Positions 13,449 to 23,018 of a stretch of 23,649 nt of DNA are shown one piece after another (position 1 is the stretch's first letter; each line of letters opens with the position of its first letter). Made by a program: the position numbers and the translations under genes. The DNA is taken from IMG/VR virus record IMGVR_UViG_3300028859_000015; one strand, 5' to 3'. This DNA comes from a virus. Its lineage: Duplodnaviria; Heunggongvirae; Uroviricota; Caudoviricetes. Under the pieces are notes generated by a model, which was not told where the DNA came from, ran no database searches, and saw only the letters and a list, made by a program, of their open reading frames with translations.

Positions 13449-16445
13449 ATGGATATGACACTAAAACAACTAATAAAACATATACTAACTGAGGAAGTAG
13501 TAGACCCAGAGCAGGAAAATATAGTAGATATTTTGGCTAGATTTAAAAAAGAAGCCGAAGATGAGACTACTGTAGCTAACGAAGAGGAAGAGCAGTCTAA
13601 ATTAGCAAAAGAAGCAAATGATAATAAAGTAGAGGAAGCCTTTGGAAATGAGTCAGTAATCTCTAAAGAGTCTCAGGAGATAGAAAAACCAAATACAAAA
13701 ATAATAATTCCAATAATATCTTTATATAACAATATAAAAAACTCTGGTATAGATTCTATGTCTCTTTTAGCTAAAGGTTCTGAAAATACAGTAGAGGAAG
13801 TATCAAAGACAATAGCAAAGTCAATAGTTGAATATAGAAAAAATCCAAATATACAGCGTAAACTACAACAAGCTTTTGAACAAGGAATAAAACCAAATCC
13901 AAGCAATTATTTAAATGAAGAGCAACTAATAAGTAATTTAAAAGTATCCCTAATACGCTGTAAACTATACTTCTGGACTGCTCTTAATATTTACAGAGAA
14001 CCAGAAGTATTTGTAAAGTCATCTTCAAAAGAGCAAAAAGAAGCAGAAAAATCAGGAATAGTTTCTGCTGATTCAGGAGATAATATAAAAACAAGCTATC
14101 CAAGCTTAAACTATTCCAAAATTTTTACTGAATTAATGAATCCTTCTGATAAAGAGCTAGACAGTGTTTATTATATGTTTAGAGAGTTGGCTTCTAATCA
14201 GTATAGTAATGATATATCTGAACTACAAAAAATAATATTATCCAAAAATGATTTACTGACTAAATTTCTATCTAAAAAAATAAAACTTCAACAGGCTTCC
14301 TCAATACAAAATACAATTAAGGAGGCTATACAAAGACCTTCTTTTGATTATAATAACATAAAAAAGGCTGCTGATAGAATTAAAAAAGAGCAAGAATTAC
14401 AAGGAAGAGAAGTAGCCAAGTCAGAAACACCAATAGGAAGTGTTGATGTGGAAAAGCCCTCCAACTATACTGGAGATGCTGTTTCTAAAACTGATGAGCT
14501 TAGAAATAAGTTATTTGACAGATACTTCAATACTCTTATATCAGAATATTTTTATGCCACTACAGAAAATATAAGTAAAATTGATGAAAGAATTTACGAA
14601 AAATTAGCCAACCCTATATCACTAAATTTATTTTTTAAGGGAAGAAGATTATCAGGTCAAAAATATGAAACCAAAGGTCTAGACACTACTTCTTCAAAAG
14701 ATAAAAATATAATTCTAAGAAATGCTACTACTAGTATAGAGGACATAGAAACTACAGAATCAGCAACTATAACAAATAAAGAAGCCTATCTTCTTAATAA
14801 TAAAAATTTATTTCATGAGTATTTTAATTCTACAAACTATACAAGTTGTGTAGGAGAGTTTTTAGAGAAATGGTCTAAACAATCAGATAAATTTTTAGTT
14901 AAAATATTTGATAAACAAAGTAATAATCTAGTAGATATTAATTTATTAGAATATTTATATAAACAGTCTAGTCATTATTTACCCACTAGTGGAACAGCTA
15001 TTACTGAATTACAGATAGATATTTTATCCTGTGCTAGGCATTTAATAACTTTGGATGGTGAACCTGCTAACGTTTCAGAATCAAATTTTAGTGAATTTTA
15101 TTCAGAGTTATATGGACTAGTAGTGTCTAAATATAAATTGCAGGAATTTACCTTTGCTGGAACTAATAATACAACAAAGGAAGCTGCTAGGCAAGCTTTT
15201 GGATTAGAAGAAATGGGAACAATAGAAACCTCAAATGAGCGCTCTTTTGGTAGATGGGCGGAAAAGGGCACATTTAAAGATAGACTATTAATAAAAATTA
15301 ATAGTATAACTGATCCAGCTTTTGAGAATATAAAAGAAAATGTAATAGAGCAATTAGAAACTATTACAGACCATGGAAAAATTTTAGATATTTCCATAAG
15401 ACTTATTGGAGAAGTAGCTACAGAAAACTTATTACGTGGGTCTTCAGATGAAAAACTTTATAGGGTAGCAAATAAATCAGAGTTGACCGTCCTATCCAAA
15501 GAATTAGCCAAGAAATTAGATGGGATAATGGTATTAGATCCAGTTAATACTTCTGATATTACTACATATATAATAACCCAAAATTTTAAGATAGGTAAAA
15601 AAGAACTTCTTAATTGGCTACTTACTTCTGACATAGCTTCTTGTGAAAAATTAAAAACTGAAATTACTCAGACTCCTAAATTTAAAGCATTAGCTCCAAG
15701 AAAAGTAGCTAGCCAAACAGCCATTATAGCCTCATTTGATGCTTTAATTCTAGAAAAAAAGAAAGCTGCCGGATTAACTGAAAGCTTAGAGCAGGAACAG
15801 AGAGTAAGTGATATATTAAGACAAGCAGCTATTAAAGCTTTTGCTACTTCTTTAATTCCTAATTTACAATTTATAGGAAAAGAGCTTAATAAATTTGGAA
15901 GATTTTTAATAAATCTATCACAGTATCCAGAATATTATATCGATACAATAAAAAAGACAGAAGAATCTGCCCGTAAATTTAGATCTGCGCTAAGAAATTT
16001 CTTACTGCCTATAAGTAGAATAAAACAACTAGTAGAAATTTATGAAGAAATAAAAGATGTAATGGAAGAGGAATTATCACCATTAGATAATCCAGTATTT
16101 AAAAATAATTTTTCTAGGATAAAAAGTTGGTTACTGGAATTTTTTAAGATGGATAATAATTTAAAGGTAAAAATGGCAATAAAAATAGCTGAAGAAGAGA
16201 ATGATTGGAAACCTCTTAAACAGCTATTATATGATAATTGGGATGTAATAGTCAAAAGATTAAGCGATTCTAATGGCAATCTTACTTCAATAGGAAAACT
16301 TATATCAGGATTAATATTTAAATCAGCAGCATATGCTAAACCATATAAGTCAACTACAGGTTCTGAAGAAGAAGACCTAAAAAATCAAGAACTACTAAAA
16401 AAAGCAGGAGTTAAACTCAAGAGCTCAAGATTTGCTTCTCTATAG
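13449..16445 (+). CDS. Large hypothetical protein (998 aa), possibly virion-internal
   Basis: Long uninterrupted ORF, co-oriented with the baseplate genes. Helical and charged, with no recognisable catalytic motif. Confidence 0.9.
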   Translation: MDMTLKQLIKHILTEEVVDPEQENIVDILARFKKEAEDETTVANEEEEQSKLAKEANDNKVEEAFGNESVISKESQEIEKPNTKIIIPIISLYNNIKNSGIDSMSLLAKGSENTVEEVSKTIAKSIVEYRKNPNIQRKLQQAFEQGIKPNPSNYLNEEQLISNLKVSLIRCKLYFWTALNIYREPEVFVKSSSKEQKEAEKSGIVSADSGDNIKTSYPSLNYSKIFTELMNPSDKELDSVYYMFRELASNQYSNDISELQKIILSKNDLLTKFLSKKIKLQQASSIQNTIKEAIQRPSFDYNNIKKAADRIKKEQELQGREVAKSETPIGSVDVEKPSNYTGDAVSKTDELRNKLFDRYFNTLISEYFYATTENISKIDERIYEKLANPISLNLFFKGRRLSGQKYETKGLDTTSSKDKNIILRNATTSIEDIETTESATITNKEAYLLNNKNLFHEYFNSTNYTSCVGEFLEKWSKQSDKFLVKIFDKQSNNLVDINLLEYLYKQSSHYLPTSGTAITELQIDILSCARHLITLDGEPANVSESNFSEFYSELYGLVVSKYKLQEFTFAGTNNTTKEAARQAFGLEEMGTIETSNERSFGRWAEKGTFKDRLLIKINSITDPAFENIKENVIEQLETITDHGKILDISIRLIGEVATENLLRGSSDEKLYRVANKSELTVLSKELAKKLDGIMVLDPVNTSDITTYIITQNFKIGKKELLNWLLTSDIASCEKLKTEITQTPKFKALAPRKVASQTAIIASFDALILEKKKAAGLTESLEQEQRVSDILRQAAIKAFATSLIPNLQFIGKELNKFGRFLINLSQYPEYYIDTIKKTEESARKFRSALRNFLLPISRIKQLVEIYEEIKDVMEEELSPLDNPVFKNNFSRIKSWLLEFFKMDNNLKVKMAIKIAEEENDWKPLKQLLYDNWDVIVKRLSDSNGNLTSIGKLISGLIFKSAAYAKPYKSTTGSEEEDLKNQELLKKAGVKLKSSRFASL

Positions 16446-16931
16446 TTTAGCGTTAGATACTAGGATAGCTCTTAAATACTCCTCTACAGTATCTGTAGAA
16501 AGCTTTTTCATAAATAATTTTCTAGAAGACATAAAACCCATAGTTATAGTAGCATAAAATACATGCTTAGTAGCCTTTAAAAATAGAAACTCATATAAGA
16601 AATAATGTAACTGATATTTAAGAGAATATAAAAAACTGAGCATTCTAAAAAAAGATACATTCTTATAATCATGTAAAAGCATAAGACAAGGAAGAGCCTT
16701 AGCAGTAGAAAGAGCTCTATCCTCATCACATTTAGACATAGCTAGCTCTAAATGGAAAGATGGAACATACACAGTATTTTTATAAACACAATACTGACCT
16801 CTACTAGCTAATCTTACAAACCAAGGAGCCTGAGATAACATTTCAAAGGGAGATGTATCCTCCTTTGTTGATGCTTTCACTACATCTATGACATAAGGCA
16901 AAGCGTAAAGTTGCTTATTTAAAAAACGCAT
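16440..16931 (-). CDS. Hypothetical protein
   Basis: 163 aa, coupled to dut by a TAATG overlap at 16931. Confidence 0.75.
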   Translation of the reverse strand: MRFLNKQLYALPYVIDVVKASTKEDTSPFEMLSQAPWFVRLASRGQYCVYKNTVYVPSFHLELAMSKCDEDRALSTAKALPCLMLLHDYKNVSFFRMLSFLYSLKYQLHYFLYEFLFLKATKHVFYATITMGFMSSRKLFMKKLSTDTVEEYLRAILVSNAKL

Positions 16932-17389
16932 TATACACCACTACTACCAAAACCCTTAGCCTTTCTTGATCTAACACTCTCTTCATTCTTAAAATCATCA
17001 AGATTAATTTCAGCTATCTCACAAGGCCTTACTTCTTCAATTGAGAATTGACATATGGCTGTTCCAGAATCTATAATTTGAGCAGTATCTGATGTATTAA
17101 GTAGTAAAACCTTCAAACGACCTGTATAGGCTTGGTCAATAACTCCAGCAGATACTTTTATGCCTTTTCTATAAGCAAGTCCAGAGCGTTCATGAAACTT
17201 AATCCAACAATGTTCTGGAATAATACAAGAAAGTTCTGTATCAACTAAAACCTGTTCATGTGAGGGGATGAACAAAGGCTCTTTATTAAGTGGGTAATAT
17301 AAATCAAAGCAAGCATCAGTAGGATAATTCTTCTTTGGAAGAATAGCATTATTACTTGCTTTTAAGAACTTAAGTGTAATTGGTCTCAT
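16931..17389 (-). CDS. dut: Trimeric dUTPase
   Basis: All five motifs present: DACFDL, RSGLA, GVIDQAYTG, ICQ, RKAKGFGSSG. TAAGGAG SD. Confidence 0.97.
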   Translation of the reverse strand: MRPITLKFLKASNNAILPKKNYPTDACFDLYYPLNKEPLFIPSHEQVLVDTELSCIIPEHCWIKFHERSGLAYRKGIKVSAGVIDQAYTGRLKVLLLNTSDTAQIIDSGTAICQFSIEEVRPCEIAEINLDDFKNEESVRSRKAKGFGSSGV

Positions 17390-17409
17390 CAGACTCCTTA
17401 ATTAAGTGT

Positions 17410-17826
17410 ATGATACAACTAAATTTTAATCTATTTCCTTTGTCTACAAATAAGCTATACGTAAACATTCCTGGCCAAAAAAGGCGTTTTGTATCTACTG
17501 AAGGTAAAAAATTCAAAGCCACAATAGAAGAAGAAGTAAAGAAAGGTCTAAGTAATAAAGAAACCCTACTTTATTTATCGTCATTAATAGGAAAAAAATT
17601 AACAGTTCTTATAGAAGTAACCTCTGATAAATGGTTCTTAAAAGATAAAAAAACTATAAGAATGCTTGATATAGAAAACACAGCTAAAGCACTTTTGGAC
17701 TCTATCTTTACAGCCTATAAAGATAGTAATTTAGAGTTAGATGATAAACAGATATTCGAACTTAAATTAAGTAAAAAAGTTGGACTGACAGATTCTACAC
17801 TTGTTCAAATTTCTGAATTGCTGTAG
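17410..17826 (+). CDS. rusA: RusA-like Holliday junction resolvase
   Basis: Motifs PLSTNKLY, STEGKKFK, DIENTAKALLDSI and DDKQI. Start moved to the ATG at 17410 to avoid overlapping the dut start. Confidence 0.85.
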   Translation: MIQLNFNLFPLSTNKLYVNIPGQKRRFVSTEGKKFKATIEEEVKKGLSNKETLLYLSSLIGKKLTVLIEVTSDKWFLKDKKTIRMLDIENTAKALLDSIFTAYKDSNLELDDKQIFELKLSKKVGLTDSTLVQISELL

Positions 17827-19594
17827 ATATAGTAGAAGTCTCAGTAGCACCATCTTTTATAACCTGTATAGCATATCCAGGTTTAGTCTTAACTAATTCA
17901 TCATGAGATATTAGGATTATCTGATATTCGTGAGATAATGAATCTACTACTTTTAAGACAGCCAATTTACTTGCTTCTGAGAGACCATCTAAGGCTTCAT
18001 CTAATACTAAAACAGACATATTAAATCCAGCAGTTTTAAGTAGTGATAGAAGAGATAAAGTCATTGAAATCTCAAGTCTACCCTTCTCACCAGTAGAGAA
18101 CATTCCTGAGTTTCTTCCATTAATAGTAAAATCTAATGTAGGGTTATCCTTTTCGTCATTTATAAAGAACTTAACTTGCATAGGTTTTTCATATACAATA
18201 GTAGCATATTGACTGGCTAAAGCATTAAGAACATTTATTTCTTCTTTAATATAACTTAATCTTAAACCATTTTTAGAAACTATTTGTTTCCATGCCACGT
18301 TAATTTTTAACTGTTTTTCATGTTCTTTTAGAGAGGCTCTAAGTTCAATTAACTCTTTCTTTAATTTTAATAATAGTTCTTCGTTAAAGGCAGAAGAGGC
18401 TAACTCAAGACTTTCTTTATTGTTTGATAAGGCTCTTTCCAAAGCTATTAAATTTGTCTGAACAAAGGACAACGAAGACGATAACTTAGTAGCAGTCTTT
18501 TCCATTTGGTCTTTTAGGGCTTTTATTTTATCTATTTTAGATAGCTTTTCTATTAATTTTATAGATACTTCAGAAATTCGCACATTAAGAGTGGTTAACT
18601 CATCATCATAATGATGCTTTACTGCTTCTTTTGAATGCTCTGTTAATGAGGATTTACAAATAGAGCACTCTAAATTGCCTTGTTTATTAGTTTTAAAAGA
18701 CTTTAAAACTGCCTTTTTCTTTATTTCTAAACCAGATTTCATAACCTCTATAGAACGTTTCTCTGCTGATAAATCGCTATATTCTAAGCTAAAGGGTTCC
18801 AGTTTGGTATTACATTCAGAAATAAGGGCTCTAGTATTATACAATTTTTCAGATATAGTGTGTTCTTGTTTCTGATAGCCTTGAATCTCTTCCTCATGTT
18901 CCTTTATACTGCTTTTTATAGTTTCTATATTAGAGCAATATATTTCTTTTTTAGTAGCTTCAGCAATGTATAAGTTATTTTTATCTGTTATTAAATAGTT
19001 TATGGAAGAAATAGATTCCTCACTACTTTTAATAGCTGTATTTATCTTTTTCACAACAGACTCTATACGTTTTACGGCCAAAGACTGCTCAAGTCGTTCA
19101 AATCTTTCTGAGGGCCTAAGTTTAGTAAATCCTGGAAGCATTACAGAGAAGATGGTGGAGAGGAAATTAGTATGGTCTATCCCTACTATGGCCCGAATAG
19201 CCTCATCAATTCTAGTAATTGTCATGTCTTGCGATATACAAACACCATTCTTCCATAATTTTGCTTTATTTACCTCAGAATTGGGTCTTTTCCAGCGTTC
19301 AACCTTAATTAGATTATTATTTTCATCTATTATTTCTAATCCCACATAAATACCACCATTTTGATTATTTTTAGAGATATAATCTGAGATATAAGAGCTT
19401 CTAATGCCCTTTCCAAATAACGCTAAGCTTATTCCATCAATAAGTAAGGATTTTCCAGCTCCATTACTCTGTAAGGAACTACTCAAATAAGAACCAAATA
19501 CCAGATTAATACAATCCCTAGAAAACTCCACAGTATTACGAGTCTGAAACACTACAAAATTCTCAAGCGTTAGGCTTTTAAGTTTAAATGCCAT
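17795..19594 (-). CDS. sbcC: Recombination ATPase SbcC/Rad50/T4 gp46-like
   Basis: Walker A NGAGKS, coiled coils with a CSIC zinc hook, signature FSTGE, Walker B LVLDEALDGL, and ISHD. Confidence 0.96.
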   Translation of the reverse strand: MAFKLKSLTLENFVVFQTRNTVEFSRDCINLVFGSYLSSSLQSNGAGKSLLIDGISLALFGKGIRSSYISDYISKNNQNGGIYVGLEIIDENNNLIKVERWKRPNSEVNKAKLWKNGVCISQDMTITRIDEAIRAIVGIDHTNFLSTIFSVMLPGFTKLRPSERFERLEQSLAVKRIESVVKKINTAIKSSEESISSINYLITDKNNLYIAEATKKEIYCSNIETIKSSIKEHEEEIQGYQKQEHTISEKLYNTRALISECNTKLEPFSLEYSDLSAEKRSIEVMKSGLEIKKKAVLKSFKTNKQGNLECSICKSSLTEHSKEAVKHHYDDELTTLNVRISEVSIKLIEKLSKIDKIKALKDQMEKTATKLSSSLSFVQTNLIALERALSNNKESLELASSAFNEELLLKLKKELIELRASLKEHEKQLKINVAWKQIVSKNGLRLSYIKEEINVLNALASQYATIVYEKPMQVKFFINDEKDNPTLDFTINGRNSGMFSTGEKGRLEISMTLSLLSLLKTAGFNMSVLVLDEALDGLSEASKLAVLKVVDSLSHEYQIILISHDELVKTKPGYAIQVIKDGATETSTISTAIQKFEQV

Positions 19595-20634
19595 TATAGA
19601 TTCACCATAAAATGCTCTCCAACTGTTTTAAACTCTTCTAAACTCACTCCTTCTGGTAGATATAATCCAGCATTATTCAAAATATACTCCTTTAAGCTAG
19701 ATGAGTTTCTTTTTTCTATGTTTAATATACTAATTTGAGTTTCATTTTCTTCATTATTCTTAGTTAATAGTTCAAAACCCTTAGTAGAACCCAATAACTT
19801 AGTTATTTCTATTACATTTTCTGGTGAAGTATATACTCTATAGTAAGCATTACTATTCAAAGTCTCTAAATTAAGCATTAAATTGGTATCTATAGTAGTT
19901 ATAAACTCAGGAGAATATGGATTTTCTATAAATTCCAGAGAATTTTTGTCTGTATCTAAGATCCAGCAACCCTTTTTACCTGTTTCATTAAATTTTTTGT
20001 TTAGTAAAGTTCCTAAATACACTACTTTAGCATTTAAATCTGTTGTAGGAACATGAAAATGTCCAGTAAATACTCTATCAAAAAAGTTAAGGTTGATTTT
20101 AGATAAATCTACAGCATCTGGGTCAACTGAGATAGTTTTAGTGTCCCAAAAATGCCCAAAGAAATACTTTTTACCAGGACAATCATACTTCTTCTCAAAC
20201 TCAGTAAAAGCTGAATAGATATCTGTTGTCTCTCTTAAATAAGGTAAGAAAAACAACCTGGCATCTTGTGTATCTATAAAAGAAGGCTTTGAAAATATAT
20301 TAATTATAGGATTAAAAAGGTCTAAAATATTATGATTACTAGAAATCATATCATGGTTTCCTATAAGCCAGTAATTTCTAGGAAAAGCAGACTTAACTCG
20401 CTTAAAAAGCTCTGCTATGGCCAATCCTTCTCTAGTATGAAGGCGTTCTGCCACATCAAAAGTATCTCCTGAAGAGATAAAACTCTCAGCATGGTGCTCT
20501 TTTCCTACCTTTATAACCCAATCCACACTATCTATAATCTCTTGTAAACGAGAAGGGGTCCCGTTTTCTAAAACCCTATCAAACGCTGCAGAAAATTTTA
20601 GATGAAAATCTGAGGCTATAACTATTTTTCCCAT
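19594..20634 (-). CDS. sbcD: Recombination nuclease SbcD/Mre11/T4 gp47-like
   Basis: Metallophosphoesterase motifs SDFH, GDTFD, GNHD, GHF and GHFH. Coupled to sbcC by a TAATG overlap. Confidence 0.96.
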   Translation of the reverse strand: MGKIVIASDFHLKFSAAFDRVLENGTPSRLQEIIDSVDWVIKVGKEHHAESFISSGDTFDVAERLHTREGLAIAELFKRVKSAFPRNYWLIGNHDMISSNHNILDLFNPIINIFSKPSFIDTQDARLFFLPYLRETTDIYSAFTEFEKKYDCPGKKYFFGHFWDTKTISVDPDAVDLSKINLNFFDRVFTGHFHVPTTDLNAKVVYLGTLLNKKFNETGKKGCWILDTDKNSLEFIENPYSPEFITTIDTNLMLNLETLNSNAYYRVYTSPENVIEITKLLGSTKGFELLTKNNEENETQISILNIEKRNSSSLKEYILNNAGLYLPEGVSLEEFKTVGEHFMVNL

Positions 20635-20653
20635 AAACCCTCTCTAATACTCA

Positions 20654-20681
20654 ATATCGGCATAGGCCCATCATTCTTTAG
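20654..20681 (-). promoter_or_regulatory. Consensus sigma-28 (FliA/SigD-type) promoter
   Basis: Minus strand reads C-TAAA-GAATGATGGGCCTAT-GCCGATAT, i.e. TAAA-N15-GCCGATAT, upstream of the sbcD SD (GAGAGGG) and ATG. Confidence 0.8.
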
Positions 20682-20691
20682 CTACTCAATA

Positions 20692-20997
20692 CTAGTACAT
20701 CACTTGAAATGGTGTAAATGGCCCATAATCCTTAAATAATTTTGGTCCTATATACTTTCCAGTGGCATCTACTAAACTATCATCTACTTCTAAATAGGCA
20801 GGAATAGATAGGTTTGCTACATTAATAAAACTAAGTATTAACGGTACGTTATCATAGTTTACTATAAAAGAATTATTAATAGGCATGCGTAATCGTTTAT
20901 TGGACCAAAATTCCTTAGTTCCAGTTAATTTATGAGTATATGTATTATTAGTTTTAATATCAAACCAATCAAAAGCACCAGAGAACACAACTTTCAT
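20692..20997 (-). CDS. Hypothetical protein
   Basis: 101-aa ORF with AAGG upstream. Confidence 0.75.
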   Translation of the reverse strand: MKVVFSGAFDWFDIKTNNTYTHKLTGTKEFWSNKRLRMPINNSFIVNYDNVPLILSFINVANLSIPAYLEVDDSLVDATGKYIGPKLFKDYGPFTPFQVMY

Positions 20998-21083
20998 AGC
21001 CTTATTCCTTCTATTACTTAATTTAAAGCTATCCTTTGAATTAACTTTAGAATATTTATCTAACTTATGAGGTATTTTCTATT

Positions 21084-21542
21084 ATGGATAAAAGAAATTT
21101 ATTTGAGCAAATGAATGAAAGTGCCTATGAGAATAGCACTAATCCCTTTGATTCATTATATGTAGTTAGTGAAGGAGATTCTTTTACAGAATCTGAGTTG
21201 ACATATACAGAACCTACAAGTGTTAAAATGCCGCATAATATGACTCAGGCAGAAATAGAAGAATGGCGCCATAGATTAGAACTTGAAGAAGAAATGAATC
21301 CATTTAATGAGCCTGTTGAACCAGAAAATATAAATTTACCCTCTGAAGAACCTCTACCAGATGAGGCTTTACGTTCAGAGCTTCCTCCAGAAGAGGGTTT
21401 GGGTGGTAATGAGGGTGAAATTCCTAGCGATCTACCTCCAGAAGAAGCTGAACACGAAGAAATAATAGACACAGTAGAGACACTATCAGCTAAAATTGAT
21501 AAATTAGCTGCTAAACTTGATGCCATTACTAGTGCTTTATAG
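21084..21542 (+). CDS. Acidic, Pro/Glu-rich hypothetical protein with a C-terminal coiled coil
   Basis: 152 aa with GAGGT upstream. It ends in LSAKIDKLAAKLDAI. Confidence 0.8.
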   Translation: MDKRNLFEQMNESAYENSTNPFDSLYVVSEGDSFTESELTYTEPTSVKMPHNMTQAEIEEWRHRLELEEEMNPFNEPVEPENINLPSEEPLPDEALRSELPPEEGLGGNEGEIPSDLPPEEAEHEEIIDTVETLSAKIDKLAAKLDAITSAL

Positions 21543-21553
21543 GATAGATTACT

Positions 21554-22462
21554 ATGTCGAAAGTGATACTTACAGTAGGTCCTCCAGGTGTTGGCAAGAC
21601 CACCTGGATTAAAAATTATGTAGCTAATATAAATGAGCCTTATGTGATTTGTTCTGCTGACCACTATTTTGAAAAAGAAGGTAAGTATGTCTATGAACCT
21701 TCTAAGATTGGATTAGCACATAATAGCTGCTTTGAAAAATTTGTAAATGCTCTTCGCTCTGAAATACCTCTTATTTTTATAGACAATACTAACGTAATAA
21801 AAGAACAAAGAGCTAAATATATAAATAAAGCTAATGAATATGGCTATGAAGTAGAAGTAAAAGTATTTCCAGTAGATATAAACAGAATAAAATTACAAAA
21901 TAAGTCTCAAGAACGAATTGATGCTAATAAAATAATACCTGACTCAGTTATAGATAGAATGTCTAGTAAATTAGATTTAGATCCAGGAACTTGGAAACTA
22001 GTTAATGGTAAATTAGTAAAAATTTTAGAAACAAAACAATTTATTAGAGTTTCTGAAATTCAAGAAATGGCTGCTACCCCTCCACCTCCTACTGCAGCCG
22101 AATTAAATCCTCCAGCACAAACACAACAAGTTAGTAGTTCTATGCCTTCTTGGATACAGCAACCAGATTCTGCAACTACTATAGGCTTTGCTGGTAAGGA
22201 AGCCTCTAATGCTATGGGTGATAAGGGATTACAAAGACAAGTAGCTACTAAAAATGCTATATCAGGCCTAACTAATAGGATTGCTTCTAAATTAACTGCT
22301 AATAATCGTAAATTTGATGCTAACCAATTATCTTCTTGGATATCTTCTAATGCTTCTACAAATCAATTTTATACTGCCCAAGATGGAACTACTTATGCTT
22401 TAGCTTCTGTTCAATATAGTAGTTTAGTAACATTTTTACGTCAACTATCTCCTACTCAATAG
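21554..22462 (+). CDS. P-loop kinase (AAA_33/polynucleotide-kinase-like) fused to an unknown low-complexity C-terminal domain
   Basis: Motifs VGPPGVGKTTW, CSADHYF, AHNSC, IFIDNTN, AN.YGYEV, and IPDSVIDRM. Confidence 0.85.
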   Translation: MSKVILTVGPPGVGKTTWIKNYVANINEPYVICSADHYFEKEGKYVYEPSKIGLAHNSCFEKFVNALRSEIPLIFIDNTNVIKEQRAKYINKANEYGYEVEVKVFPVDINRIKLQNKSQERIDANKIIPDSVIDRMSSKLDLDPGTWKLVNGKLVKILETKQFIRVSEIQEMAATPPPPTAAELNPPAQTQQVSSSMPSWIQQPDSATTIGFAGKEASNAMGDKGLQRQVATKNAISGLTNRIASKLTANNRKFDANQLSSWISSNASTNQFYTAQDGTTYALASVQYSSLVTFLRQLSPTQ

Positions 22463-22468
22463 GTAAAT

Positions 22469-23017
22469 ATGAAGAAGCTAGACAAAACAATGTTTATCAG
22501 AAACTCTAAAGAATTTTTAGATGAGTTACATGCCATGCCTATACATCCTCCAGCTTTAATACATTTAAAACCAGCCCCAGCAGGAGATTGGTATGATAGA
22601 TTACATTTAGCTAATTTAGAATCTATATATAATCTACCTCAGGGTATATTAAAACACATGATTGATATAGAATCTGGTGGAAATCCATTAGCGCACTCTA
22701 ACAAGGGAGCAAAAGGACTATTTCAGATTATGGATAAAAAGCATAGTGGCTTTACTGGAGACCCCTTTAATCCAATAGAGGCTGCTAAATATGCTGCTAA
22801 AACTTTAAATGATTTAGCTCATCATTTTGGAAATTATAAAGAAGCTGTTGCAGCATATGATTGGGGAATAGGAAATATGACAACTCATGGACTAGAAAAT
22901 GCCCCAGAAGAAACAAAAAATTACATAAAAAAATTTGAACAGCATGGCACTAATCTAGGCAATGTTATGCATTCTGTAAATGACGTTCACACATTTGAAA
23001 GGAAGCATAAGATATAA
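22469..23017 (+). CDS. Soluble lytic transglycosylase (SLT domain)
   Basis: IESGGNP.A.S.KGAKGLFQIM (catalytic Glu present), FNPIEA, AVAAYDWG.GN, and PEETKNYI. Confidence 0.93.
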   Translation: MKKLDKTMFIRNSKEFLDELHAMPIHPPALIHLKPAPAGDWYDRLHLANLESIYNLPQGILKHMIDIESGGNPLAHSNKGAKGLFQIMDKKHSGFTGDPFNPIEAAKYAAKTLNDLAHHFGNYKEAVAAYDWGIGNMTTHGLENAPEETKNYIKKFEQHGTNLGNVMHSVNDVHTFERKHKI

Positions 23018-23018
23018 T

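Noticed and set aside
16440-16931. Possible degenerate zincin (VYKNTVYVP...LMLLHDY)
   Set aside because: No HExxH motif is present and the resemblance is too weak to call.
17575-17601. GACGATAA (7/8 match to the sigma-28 -10 box) on the minus strand inside rusA, a possible dut promoter
   Set aside because: It is imperfect at both boxes, about 185 nt from the dut start, and lies within coding sequence, so it is not supportable.
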